A stretch of DNA of 64,000 nucleotides from contig OX597825.1 of assembly GCA_951406725.2 (NCBI GenBank), positions 53,382,001 to 53,446,000 on the forward strand, read 5' to 3'. The notes beneath the pieces were generated by a model, which worked only from the letters and a program-made list of their open reading frames with translations, ran no database searches and was not told where the DNA came from. Below are positions 27,142 through 40,523 of this stretch, piece after piece. Source of the stretch: Octopus vulgaris (Eukaryota). Each line of letters opens with the position of its first letter. Position 1 is the stretch's first letter. The translations under genes were made by a program, and so were the position numbers.

Positions 27142-27248
27142 ATTTCTTACTGATGAATCTAAGGGCCTATGGTAGATTGGCTTGATTTAATTTAATCAGG
27201 TTAGTTTACCATTAAACGGTAGATGAAACGGTGCATCGTCTAAGAAAT
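27142..27248 (+). ncRNA. Type I hammerhead ribozyme, inverted copy
   Basis: Stem I 27142-49/27241-48, CTGATGA 27150-56, GAAA 27225-28, GTC cleavage triplet ending at 27240. Confidence 0.88.
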
Positions 27249-27469
27249 TACAGGGTAAATGTTTTTTAATTTTCTCCTGGTTTACGGAATTGATGTTATT
27301 TTGCGGTTAAAGCTTTTGGCTGTTATTTCTAGTGGGTGAATGGCCTATTATGGCCGTTCCTTGATTGTGATGTTGAACTTAAAAATGGTTTATGACTATT
27401 TAATTTTTTTCCACTAGGCCGCTGGTGGCAAAAGAATTCTACAAATTTTTTTTTGCCACCCTATATTGA

Positions 27470-27782
<313 letters not shown>

Positions 27783-28340
27783 TGTCTTTCTGTTCCAAAT
27801 CATCATTTCTCTCGCCCTTTCCACTTTAGCTTTCATTTACCTTGAATTTACTCTTATTACTTCTCTTAGCACCCTCCCAATACCTATGCCATTCTTTCAG
27901 AGTGCTGCTTGGCTATAACCAGAAATCTCTGACTAAAATAACATTAATGTTCTAGGTCGATCATATTTTCTAAACCAATCGATAAGTCGACTGCGTAAAC
28001 TTATCAATAATGAACTCATAAGGACAACTAGGAACAGCTGTATTATAAAAAAAAAATTAATAACCATGATTTAAGCGTGAAAATCCAGTATAGCTGGAAC
28101 ACAACCATGGATTTACAATTCAGAACTGTGATAATCTATGACTTCGGACTTTGCCACAAAACGTCGTGTTCTTTACTAATCTAAACACTATTGTTAGCCT
28201 GGTGTGCTAACAGAGATTTTTTGCCCAGACTGATAATCCTTCGCTAATAACTCTGTTATGTGTGTGTGTTTGCGCCCGTGCAGCTAATGCTTACATACAC
28301 ACACACACACACACATATATATATACATACATACATACCT

Positions 28341-28419
<79 letters not shown>

Positions 28420-28858
28420 AACATGAATGCAAATACATATTATAACAGTATAACTGTAAATATATCGAAGAGGGATCGAGAATGTACTCATAATTAATAA
28501 TGAAATAAGTGTAGCAATGAACTAAAGGAGATTTGAAAACATATATATCTGACTATTATGCATTATTGTAGGAAGAGCTAAAAGCGTTTATTACAAAGAA
28601 AACAAATCACGTTAGATATATAGTGAAAGAAATATACATACTCTCTATATCTATTATTCACGAGAAGAATGGAGCATTTTTTTTTAGGAGAGTGACATTG
28701 CAAAAGCCACACATTTCTAGTATTCTTCATTAGATGTAGTGATTCTGTAAGAAATTCGAATGTTGAATCGTCGTTATACATGCAGTTGCTACATGGAATT
28801 CCATTGAACTTCTGATTGCATCACTATATTTAATGGTGAAGGGTGGCAATGTGACGCC

Positions 28859-28958
<100 letters not shown>

Positions 28959-29017
28959 ATATAGATATAGATATGTATGCATGTGCTCACACATACGTAT
29001 ACATAAACTTATATATG

Positions 29018-29048
<31 letters not shown>

Positions 29049-29122
29049 TCACACGTATATGTATTTATTTTATATGCATATGCATACATCTGTATACACA
29101 CATATATGTATATGTGTATGCA

Positions 29123-29177
<55 letters not shown>

Positions 29178-29333
29178 ATGAGTGTGCGTGTATGTGTGTG
29201 TGTGCCTATGTGTGTGTGCATAGGGACACACAAAATGTGATGGAGAAATTCTACAAAATTTATAAGTATATATGGCGGTGCCCCAGCATGGCCACAGCTC
29301 ATTAGCTGAAACTGGAAAAATCAAAATCGAAAA

Positions 29334-29368
<35 letters not shown>

Positions 29369-29958
29369 ATGTGTGTTCCCGCATGTTCCGCTCTTTGCAT
29401 ATGTGTCTATAGGAATTTGTATTATTTATAAATAAATTTAAGTACTAAAACTGTGCATAACTAAATTATTTATTAAGACCATATACGCCAATGTAGGAAC
29501 CATTATATGGAACATTAAAAAAGAAAATGTCATAAAACTTGGTGTTCAATCATCTATTTCGTTTTTCTTTCCACAAAGTCCTCAATGCGGATTAGATTCT
29601 GAAAGTGATATTTAAAAAGAAAGCGTTAGACAATGGGTGGAGCCGGGAAAGAAAGAGAGGTTGTTTGTGATAGGGAAAAGGCCAGAAAGAAAGAGAATGA
29701 GATACAGAATGAGAGAGAGAGACTGCTAGAGAGAGGGATTTATATATGTATGCATGTATGCGTATGTGTGTGTGTATATATAAATAGAGAGAGATATATA
29801 GAGAGAGTGTGTTAGATAGAGAGATAGATGCATAAATAGATAGACAGATAGGTAGATAGATATGCATATATATATATGCACACATATGCTTACATATATA
29901 TAGATATATATGTGTATATATATGTGTGTATATCTATATGTGTATATGCATATATATG

Positions 29959-30013
<55 letters not shown>

Positions 30014-31234
30014 CAAGGGACATATTTCAGAAATAGTTTCAGCTCATTTTCAAATAACTGATTCTACAAATATAAGAAAATGAGAATCTTAAACAAAAAG
30101 AAAAATATTAAATGTCGGAAATGAAAAATGAAAACAATGATCCTAATAGACACATTTCATCTATTAAGCTTCTCATACAATGCGTCCTATGTTGAATTGT
30201 GTTCTCCCTGCGTGTCTTTAATCCATAACTACAGAGACCTCTGCTTAGATGAATAAATTTGATTCTTATCTAGCCTTGCTTATCTAAATTTCGGACGTCC
30301 TCACGATACTTAACTCTCATTGAACTAACACGTGAGCCTCAATGTAGGCGATGGTTGCTAGAAATAGTACATAATTCTGTCGGAGACAAAAACCTATAAC
30401 AATCTGAAAGATCAGACGCATTAGGTCTTGGAGATTTATATATCGCCAAAAATACTGGATAGCCCGCTGCAGAAATGGTTTTGATCACAGGCCTACCCAC
30501 AGTTAATCGACATCACCAATGTCAATTAAAACACCCTTGTAGAAAGAAAAGCTGTTTGAATTTGCTTAGGCCAAAAATACGACCAATCACTTGCATTAAG
30601 TATGCTCCATAACAACGAAGGTCTTCTTTACGCTTGGAATAGGCGCAAAATTGACCTCAAGCAAATCCATTATAGGCTGAAAACGAAAAGACACACGAGA
30701 TAATGTAGCCCTGTATATAATTTGATGTCTATATACAATTTTGGTACTTTATGAAATTAATGTTTATGAATTACAGATAGTTAGTCGTGGGATTGTATTT
30801 CAACATATTTTTGAGACCATAGGTATTTTCTTCTTATAAGTGGAAGTTGCTTTTTTACTTACATCAATATATTGAAGCGTAGAGTACGACATAAGGGATT
30901 CATACTCAGCATGTTAGATATTATTTCATAGATATATACGTATATATTTACTTACAAATACGCAAATGTATGTGAGTAAAGATATTCACATACAAGCGCA
31001 CGAAAGCACAATTAAATGTTCCCACAGCGTACATATAGCATGCACACGGACGCACACACACATATACATATTTGCATACATATATATATATATGCTTATA
31101 TAAGTATTTGTATATATAATATATATATACACACACACATATATATACATACATATATATCTATATATATATATATGTATATATATATATACACACACAC
31201 ACACATATATATATATACATACATACACACATAC

Positions 31235-31270
<36 letters not shown>

Positions 31271-31962
31271 CTATATATATATATATTTACACGCACGCAT
31301 ATATGCGCGCATTTCCTCGCATATCTGCAGATCTTTAATTATAATCATCCATGATTAATTGCTGATTAATATCAGCTATTAAATTTCATGCAAAAACAAA
31401 CATAGCCAGCCATATGGCTATCATATTGTTAATTAGTCGTAGTTGTGTAATTTGTATAATTAATACATATATAATAACCTTTCATTAGCTAAAATATATA
31501 CATCTTCATAAATATATACATGTGCCTACGTATCTATGTATTCATAAAACAGACATTAATGATTCGAAAGCTATAAACATTAAATTTACGTGATAAATTG
31601 ATTAATTTTTATTTTTAAACATCAGATACAAAGCCATTTATGAAGTCATATCGTAAGGCAGGGTGATAGATAGATAGATAGTCTCCTATATAGCTTCACA
31701 AAGTGAATGACTATTTTACCCACAGCAGCAAGGAAACTAATTATATGCTGAGTCGTGGAAACATTTTTATAGCCATGTGAAATGTAGCTTATAATACACT
31801 GTAGTATTAGAAAAAAATTGGTAATGCAGTTATTATAGAGCTTCATCTTGACTCCTACACTATGATATCCTTTCAATTTCAATTAAATATGAATGTGTGT
31901 GTGTGCATGTGCATGTATGTGTGTATGTGTGCGTGTGTTTGATTGTAATGGAACTCCATAGG

Positions 31963-32152
31963 TTACGGTGACGTGGGATCCAGTTGATCGATCAACACAA
32001 CAACCTACTCGTAAAACTGACGTGGCTGAGCACTCCAGAGACTCGCATACCCTGAGCGTAGTTCTCAAACAGCTTCAGCATGAGACAGAATGTAACATGT
32101 CCGGCCCTTTGTATTACAGGTACAACTCATTTTTGCCAGCTAAGTGGACTGG
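31963..32152 (-). mobile_element. SINE 3' fragment (family of 6291)
   Basis: Reverse complement of the 50280-50480 body. Confidence 0.8.
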
Positions 32153-32232
32153 AGCCGATAACCTTAACTACTAAACCACGCACCGGGTCGCTTGTGTTAG
32201 TGTGTGTGTGTGTGCGTGTGTGTGTATGTGTA

Positions 32233-32297
<65 letters not shown>

Positions 32298-33068
32298 AAA
32301 ACCCAGAACCCTCATGAGAGAGTAAGGCTAGTGTGTGTGTGCGTGCGCTCGCGGGCTTGTGTGTCTATTATTCAGAAATAGATTGATTCAGCTTCAGCCA
32401 TCTTAAAATTATGGAGACTCATTAACTGAACCTACATCATCAGGCCCGTGAAAGCCAATTAAGGGTTGTCTAAAATGGCTGGTCAGTATTGGGCTTTAAT
32501 ACTCAAAGGAGTCACATCGTGTTTGGATTTGGTAGCGACAATATTTCCCGTTTAGAATTCCTGGGGAAGCTTTATAGGACAGGTTTTTAACGGCAAAAAC
32601 TTGCCTGGGGTTTGTTAGTGTCAGCAGCTCGCTAGCGTGTGTTTGTGTGCGGGCGCATATGTGTGATGTGTGTTTGTATGTAACTGATCTGCGTGTGTGC
32701 TTATGCGTGTATGCGGTTTGTGTGTGTGAATGTGTGTGCTCGTATCTGTTGTATGTGTGTGTATCTTCATTTTATTAATAAGAGGTAATGATGGAGGGTT
32801 TTATTTATCTAATGTGTGTCTGCGTGTGTGTGTTTGTAAGCGGTATGCATGTATGTCTGTGCGTATATATCTGTTATGTGCATGTATGCATGTCAGGTGA
32901 GGTATGTGAATGAACGTGTGCATGGGTGTGTGTAAATATGAATATCCCTGGCGTTTGTGTCACGGTGCACTTATGAGATTGGTCTAGTCGTGTGCTGGTC
33001 AATTAATCTTTGTTATTTGTTGCCACGTAATGACAAAAGCGATTTGGCTTGGGCCAAGAGTGTGTGTG

Positions 33069-33101
<33 letters not shown>

Positions 33102-33244
33102 TTGTGTATGTGTGTGTGTTTGTATGTGTTTGTGTGTAATTATCTTTGTAACTATGTGCTTCTAGTCCTCCACTAATCATGTGGCAATATACACGCAAAC
33201 TTTAGTAATATGCTCACACACATATACACACAATCACTAATGAA

Positions 33245-33645
33245 TAGGCGAAAGGCGTGACTGTATGTTAATAGGTTTGCTTCCCAACCACACGGTTGCA
33301 GGTTCAGCCCCATGCCGTAAAACGCTAGTGAAGTGTCTTGCACAAAGATTCACTCCGATCAAAACTTTGTGAGGAGCTGTAGTAGATGGAAATTGAAAGA
33401 AGCTCATCATATATTTATCCATATATACATGTTTGTGTGTGTGTGTATGTTTCTCCCTGACCACCGCTTTTTAACCAATGCTAGTTTGTTTACGTCCCCG
33501 TAATCCAATAGTTCGGGAAACGACACCGATATGCTAAGTGCAGGGCATTAAAAGTTGTATTGAGATCGACTCATGCGGACTAATACTCTACAAGGTGGTA
33601 ACCCAGTATGGCTGCAGTCTAATGACTGTAACAAGTAAAGGATAA
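33245..33645 (+). mobile_element. Diverged SINE (family of 27514)
   Basis: ttgcttcccaaccac..ggttcagccc..tttacgtccccgtaa..actgtaacaagtaaag. Confidence 0.7.
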
Positions 33646-34071
33646 AACATAAAGCATTCATACGAACACACATTTACGTGAAAGGAAATGCAAACATATA
33701 CATGAAGGTATACATATATATAAACATGTAAACGACACATATACATACGCGTACACATGGTTGCATCAATGTATGCATATACATGTAAATACACACACAC
33801 ACATACGCCAACGGTCTCACTTTAGATGCACACACTTATATTCAGCATACTAATACACATACATAGGCGCATAAGCATGCATTACAAATGCTTCTGTGTG
33901 CGCGTTTCTGTATTATATACATATAACAATAAGCACAAATACTGCCAGAATTGGATGCATAATACATAAGCAATTACATATACAGAAACATACATGTGCG
34001 CGCACATACACACATACACCCACACTCACATATATGTAAGTATAATTAATATATACATATATATATATATG

Positions 34072-34116
<45 letters not shown>

Positions 34117-34144
34117 ATATACATATGTATGTATGTATATACAG

Positions 34145-34206
<62 letters not shown>

Positions 34207-34361
34207 ATATGTATGTATGTATATACAGACACATACATACACACATATATACATACATACGAACATAGACTTCAATATAGATACAGAAATACAAACTCAT
34301 ACAGAAGCACACACAAACACTGATACGTTTAAATATGTATATATTTCTCTGTGTGTGTGTG

Positions 34362-34565
34362 AGTGTGTGCCTTAATGTCTCTGTGTTTGTCCTCTCACCA
34401 TCGCTTGACAAACGATGTAGGTGTATTTACGTCCCGTAACTTAGCGGTTCGACAAAGAAAACGATAGAATAAGCACTAGGCTAACAAATAATAAGTCTTG
34501 GGGTTCATTTGTTCGACTAAAGGCGGTGCTCTAGTAAACAGCTGAAACAAGTAAAAGAATAAAAG
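34362..34565 (+). mobile_element. SINE 3' part (family of 27514)
   Basis: tttacgtcccgtaacttagcggttcg..gttcgactaaaggcggtgctc..gaaacaagtaaaaga. Confidence 0.75.
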
Positions 34566-34796
34566 AAGATACATATAAACACATATACGTACAAACACGC
34601 TCATGTACCTATAGTCGCACACACAATGCTACATGCATTCAAACACATCTGTCACCTGAAAAGTGAATTTTATTGGAATATTCGAGATTTCTAAGAGTTT
34701 TCTCCTTGAATAAGATTATTTTACTTATTTTTCTTTGAGGCACAAACACTATATGCATAAAACCTTGTACATATATTCAAACAAAGACAGAGCCAA

Positions 34797-34983
<187 letters not shown>

Positions 34984-35072
34984 TCTACATATAATTTCAC
35001 GCATGTATACACACATGTATATGTATTATATGTATATGTCTGAGTATAGAGACAGATGGATAGATACATATA

Positions 35073-35114
<42 letters not shown>

Positions 35115-35531
35115 CATACATACATACTTTCATCATACATGCATATATGTTTATATTTATACGTATATATGTAGTTATATTCATAAGTATAGATGTGTGT
35201 GTATGGATGTGCATGATGTATGTGTATGTATATATATATAAATATACATATATACCTATTCATACATATTTATAGAGTCCTCTTAATATATGTTCATATA
35301 TTCGTTGGTAGTCGTAGGAAAATGCACATATGTGTGTTTTTGAGTGTGTTTGTAGATAAACCCACACCTACTCCTGGACGGAAACATACGCATGCGCACA
35401 TGCAGACACTCACAAACACATGCACATACATAACAGAAATATATGTATTAATGTAGAGAGGTGGATATGAATAAATACAGATCGAGAGAGAGAGAAAGCG
35501 GGAGGGAGAAAGAGAGATAGAGAGAGGGGGA

Positions 35532-35562
<31 letters not shown>

Positions 35563-36344
35563 CTACATGCAGATATTAGGCATTTACACACACACTTATA
35601 TATACAGGCATTTTTTCTCCATATCTTCAGAGAGAACTGAAGATAAGAAAAATGTACAAACAGCAAAAGAGAAATTCAAAAGGAAATTATACTAAAATAA
35701 ATAAATAAATAAATAAACAAATACATAGAAATTAACAAAGACAAAGAAAAATGTAAACATAAACAAACTTGCAAAAACATAAGACATAAAACAATAACAA
35801 AGATACATAAAGCAAAAAAAATCAACAAAACAAAAGACACAATAAGTTCTAAGAAGAAATCATTACTTGAAAGGAGAATAACTGAAAAGTCTTGATTCTA
35901 TCATCCGCTACTTTGGAAATAGCATTTCGTTTTATATGTTTGTACTTAAAGACTATAGTTTACTAATGCTACAGATTATTACTTTTTTTCCACGAATCAC
36001 TATATTTTCAATTTTTATGAAATGTTACGTGTTTTTCCTGTTCTTTATTTATGTTTTTTTTTTTAATATTATAATAATTGTGTATTTTATTATATATTTA
36101 TTTCTTGAAATTTCCTGAAATATTTTTCTCTCCAAAAATCACTGATAGACAAGAAGGAACGCATATTGGAAGACACATAAATGCTCATATGTATACATAC
36201 ATTCATACATACATTCATACATACATAGATGGACATATACCTGTCTACGATATATACACACAAACACACATACATATATATATATATACATGCATACATA
36301 TATATATATATACACGCATATATTATACACACATGCACACACAG

Positions 36345-36433
<89 letters not shown>

Positions 36434-36714
36434 CATACACGCATATATATACGGGTATACCACAAATGTTTTTATAAGTATGTCTTGCCGAATTATACTT
36501 GTAATCGTGTTTTTGTTGAGTGATTCTTATTGTCTTCATCTTTTGGAATGTTTTGAAACAATGAGTAGAAATAAGTACTCTCATACACAGACACGACACG
36601 CATACACGCACAAACACATATATGAATGCATGAGTGAGTATTCTTATGCATGTGTGTGTGAATGTTTTTGTTTGTGTATTGCACATATCTAAGAAGGTAC
36701 ATACATCTGTTACC

Positions 36715-36757
<43 letters not shown>

Positions 36758-37051
36758 ATGTATGTATATGTGAGTGAGTGGGTATATGGGCTTTGTGTTT
36801 GAAAGTATATGTGTATATGTTATATGTTCAGGTTAAGACCGAGTGAGCAGAAGAACGAGACGGAGAATCAGAGAGACCGAGAGAGATATGTAGAAAGGCA
36901 GATTGGAGCTCCATTCGATTTTAGATGATATTCATAATATACAAGACATGCACGGCACAGGTTTTCATACCGAAATGTCTTTTTAAAGCCTATATACATT
37001 TATACATATATACATATTCATATACACATCTACTTATGTACATAGATACGT

Positions 37052-37380
37052 ACACATGGCTACGGGCTCAGCCACACTGCTTGGTATCTTGGGCAAGTGC
37101 CTTCTGCCATAGGCTCATGTCGACCAAAGCCTTGTGAATGGATTTACTAGATGGAAACAGAAAGAAGCTCGTCGTATATATGTGTGTGTGTATTTTTATG
37201 TCTTGACAACCAATGTTGATGTGTTTATGTCCCCGTAACTTAGAGATTCGGTAAAAGAGATCGATAAAATAAGTACTAGACTTACAAAAAATAAGTCCCG
37301 TGGTCGATTAGTTCGACTAAAGGCGGTGCTCCAGCATGGCCGCAGTCAAATGCTGAAATAAGTAATGGAATAGACAAGAA
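37052..37380 (+). mobile_element. SINE (family of 27514), 5' truncated
   Basis: cttgggcaagtgccttctgccatag..gttcgactaaaggcggtgctccagcatggccgcagtc. Confidence 0.8.
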
Positions 37381-38261
37381 TACACACATTTAAGCAGAGA
37401 AACAGATTATTTATACACACACATACATACATACATATGTACATACATACATACATACATACATACATACATAAATACATACATACATACATACATACAT
37501 ACATACAAACATATTGAGACAATGTGCGGCTTTGAGTGTTCTCCCTGCTGCTATTACTGTTGCTACTCTATATGTTTGTTGCACCGTAGCACAGTATTGC
37601 GAATATCAACATTCCTGTCACTCTGTTTGATAAGAATACACTCTTCGTATGTCAATGTATGTTATTTTATCCTTTGTTGTATAATTGTTATTGTTATTAT
37701 TCTTGTTGTTGTTGCCGGTCTTATATATGTTATTGCGACTGTTATTGCAGTTGTTTACTGTATTTCTAGATTTTTATTTCTATTTAAGAATATTTTTTAA
37801 AAGTAATATAATTTTAGAGTGTACTCATGTTTTTCATTTATTTGGTTGTTTTTATTTTAATTATATTCATTTTCTCAAGTGATTTTCTTTCGTTTCCTTC
37901 ATCAGATTCGGTTTATCTCTGTTCTAAGTTCACTCTAACGTTATCATTCTGAATATGATCGATAGGAATTAGAAAATAAATCTTTTAATTTAAAAAAAAA
38001 TGTAATAGAGTGCAAACAAATATTACTGTTGTTATTGTTGTACATTCTATATTTGTTGTGACGTTTTTAAAAAATATTTACATATTTATATTATAGCTTT
38101 TGAAATTTCGTATTTTTATATATAAATCACCATAATTCCAGTATGTATAGTTTTATATGTATATATACAAATACACACACACACACACACTCATATATAC
38201 ATACATGCATACATATATATGTGTGTATATGTACATATACATATATATATGTTTATGGAAA

Positions 38262-38304
<43 letters not shown>

Positions 38305-38341
38305 CTCCACGTGCGGTCAACACAACCCCACCATTTATTGA

Positions 38342-38380
<39 letters not shown>

Positions 38381-38915
38381 AATAGAGCAAGTGAAACACG
38401 GACTACGAATGTTTCATAGGAAAGTAAAATATTTGTTACGTAATTTGTAACACACAAAACTAGCTTTGTTAATCTTCAGGTCCAAATATCTCTTCATTGT
38501 TTACAAGACGATCAAATAAATTATCAAACTATCCACAGCAGGAATGGCAAGTTGAAAAATGAATGAAAAAAACAACAGAAAAAGGAAATCAAGATCAAAT
38601 GGCCAATGAAAGTATTTGCTTGAAAGTGGACCGCACTAATGGGAAGTAAGATGGGTGTGTTTACATTTATCCTAAATTGGAAATGAACAAAAGGTAGAGG
38701 GTACAGGTAGCTGTGTTAAAACTATCAATAAAATCTATTTGCTCAAAGACGTCAAAATGATAGTGAGAGACGAATAAATGGTCGCGTAAACGTTCTAGAG
38801 ATCCTACTTCAGTAATCATTCGGACACTGCTAACGTAATTAATTTATTTCCACACTAATAAAAGGGTAAAAACCTTTCATCAGTGTGAGTTTCTAAATAT
38901 TTGTATGAATGTGTT

Positions 38916-38986
<71 letters not shown>

Positions 38987-38990
38987 TATA

Positions 38991-39460
38991 TATCTATATA
39001 TATATATATAACTGAGAATATGTGTCTGTCTGTCTGTCTGTGTGAATCCTTAAAACGTGAGAACTGCACAACCAATTTCATTTAAAGTTTACACATGTCT
39101 TACTTAGGGTCCAGGGAGTGTCATGGGCAAACAAAATGTTCAACTTCTTGCCTAGGGCGAGCCCATAGCAATACCATATCTTCTCCACTATTTCAGTATT
39201 ACGTGTTAAAGTGAAACAAAAACATCTCTCTATTGTAATGTCAGATACTTTCACTTTGATACTGAAACAATTAAAGTCAAACTATCATATTACAGGGATG
39301 AACCATTGACAGTGGACATCCATTTTGCTAGAAAAAGATCCGCTATGTTCTTATATGCTACACCAATGGTTTCCAATTCATATTAATCAAATTAATATTC
39401 AATTTCTCGCCCTTATTATTTTAGATTTAAATTTAAACCTGGATCATGTGTTTTGGAACG
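38991..39460 (+). mobile_element. Non-autonomous Helitron-like 5' portion
   Basis: TCTATATATATA..actgagaatatgtgtctgtctgtctg start, typical of Helitron 5' TC ends followed by (TCTG)n. Confidence 0.5.
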
Positions 39461-39589
39461 AAGTTTGTTACCACACAGCCACACCTGCATCTATGTATGT
39501 GTGCGTGGTTGTATGTGTGTATAGCTGTATATGTATACATTTATTTCTATACATATAGATGTACATGTATACAAGCATATGTGTAGATG

Positions 39590-39645
<56 letters not shown>

Positions 39646-39726
39646 TGTACATGTAATATGTACACATATATATTCCCATATATGCATGCATACATATATA
39701 CACCCATACACGCACGCACATATATA

Positions 39727-40050
39727 GCTGCAGGTGTGGCTGTGTGGTAACAAGCTTCGTGTCAAAACACATGGTCCTGGGTTCAGTCGCACCGCGTGCT
39801 GACTTGGCATGTGTCTTCTAAAGCCTTAGACCAACCAAAGCCTTGTCAGTGGATTTCGTAGACAGAAACTGAAAGAAATCAATCGTATATATATGCATGT
39901 ACATATGTAAGTCTGTGCGCGTGTCTTTGTGTTTCCCCCTCATCACTGCCTAACAACTGGTGTTCGTTTATTTACATCCCCATAACTTACTGGTTTCACA
40001 TGATGAAACTGATAGAATACGAGTAAGTACCAGGCTTATCAAAATAAAAA
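39727..40050 (+). mobile_element. SINE (family of 27514)
   Basis: gcaggtgtggctgtgtggtaacaagctt..gggttcagtc; the 3' part is locally duplicated at ~40160-40300. Confidence 0.75.
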
Positions 40051-40126
40051 AAAACACTAGGCAGCATCTCATTTTTATGTTTGCTCATATTTGTGAGGGT
40101 GTGTGTGTGTGTACATACATACAGAC

Positions 40127-40158
<32 letters not shown>

Positions 40159-40375
40159 TTAAGTGTATGTGTGTGACTTTGCTTCTATGTTTCACCCTCA
40201 CCACTGCTTCATAACTGCTGTTCATTTATTTACATCCCCATAACTTCCTGGTTTCACAAGAAGAAACTTATAGAATATGTATCAGGCTTATCAACATAAA
40301 AAAGCACTACGCTGTGTCGCATATTTTTGTTTGCCCACTCAGTTGTATCTATCAATTTATCTTTGTGTGTGTTTG

Positions 40376-40497
<122 letters not shown>

Positions 40498-40523
40498 TGT
40501 ATGTATATGTGTACATTCATATT

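Larger units (their letters stand above)
25033..27476 (-). mobile_element. HHR-bearing tandem array (4 x 490/491 bp + 60-bp partial) plus 424-bp inverted copy; retrozyme-like / pLTR-only element
   Basis: Units start at 25033, 25523, 26013, 26504 and 26995 and differ by only a few bases. Inversion at 27053; (TA)n on both sides. Confidence 0.9.

Noticed and set aside
32352-32446. Hammerhead on minus strand (cgggc CTGATGA ... gcccg)
   Set aside because: Stem I and part of stem II are plausible, but there is no GAAA-stem III-UH; at most a relic.
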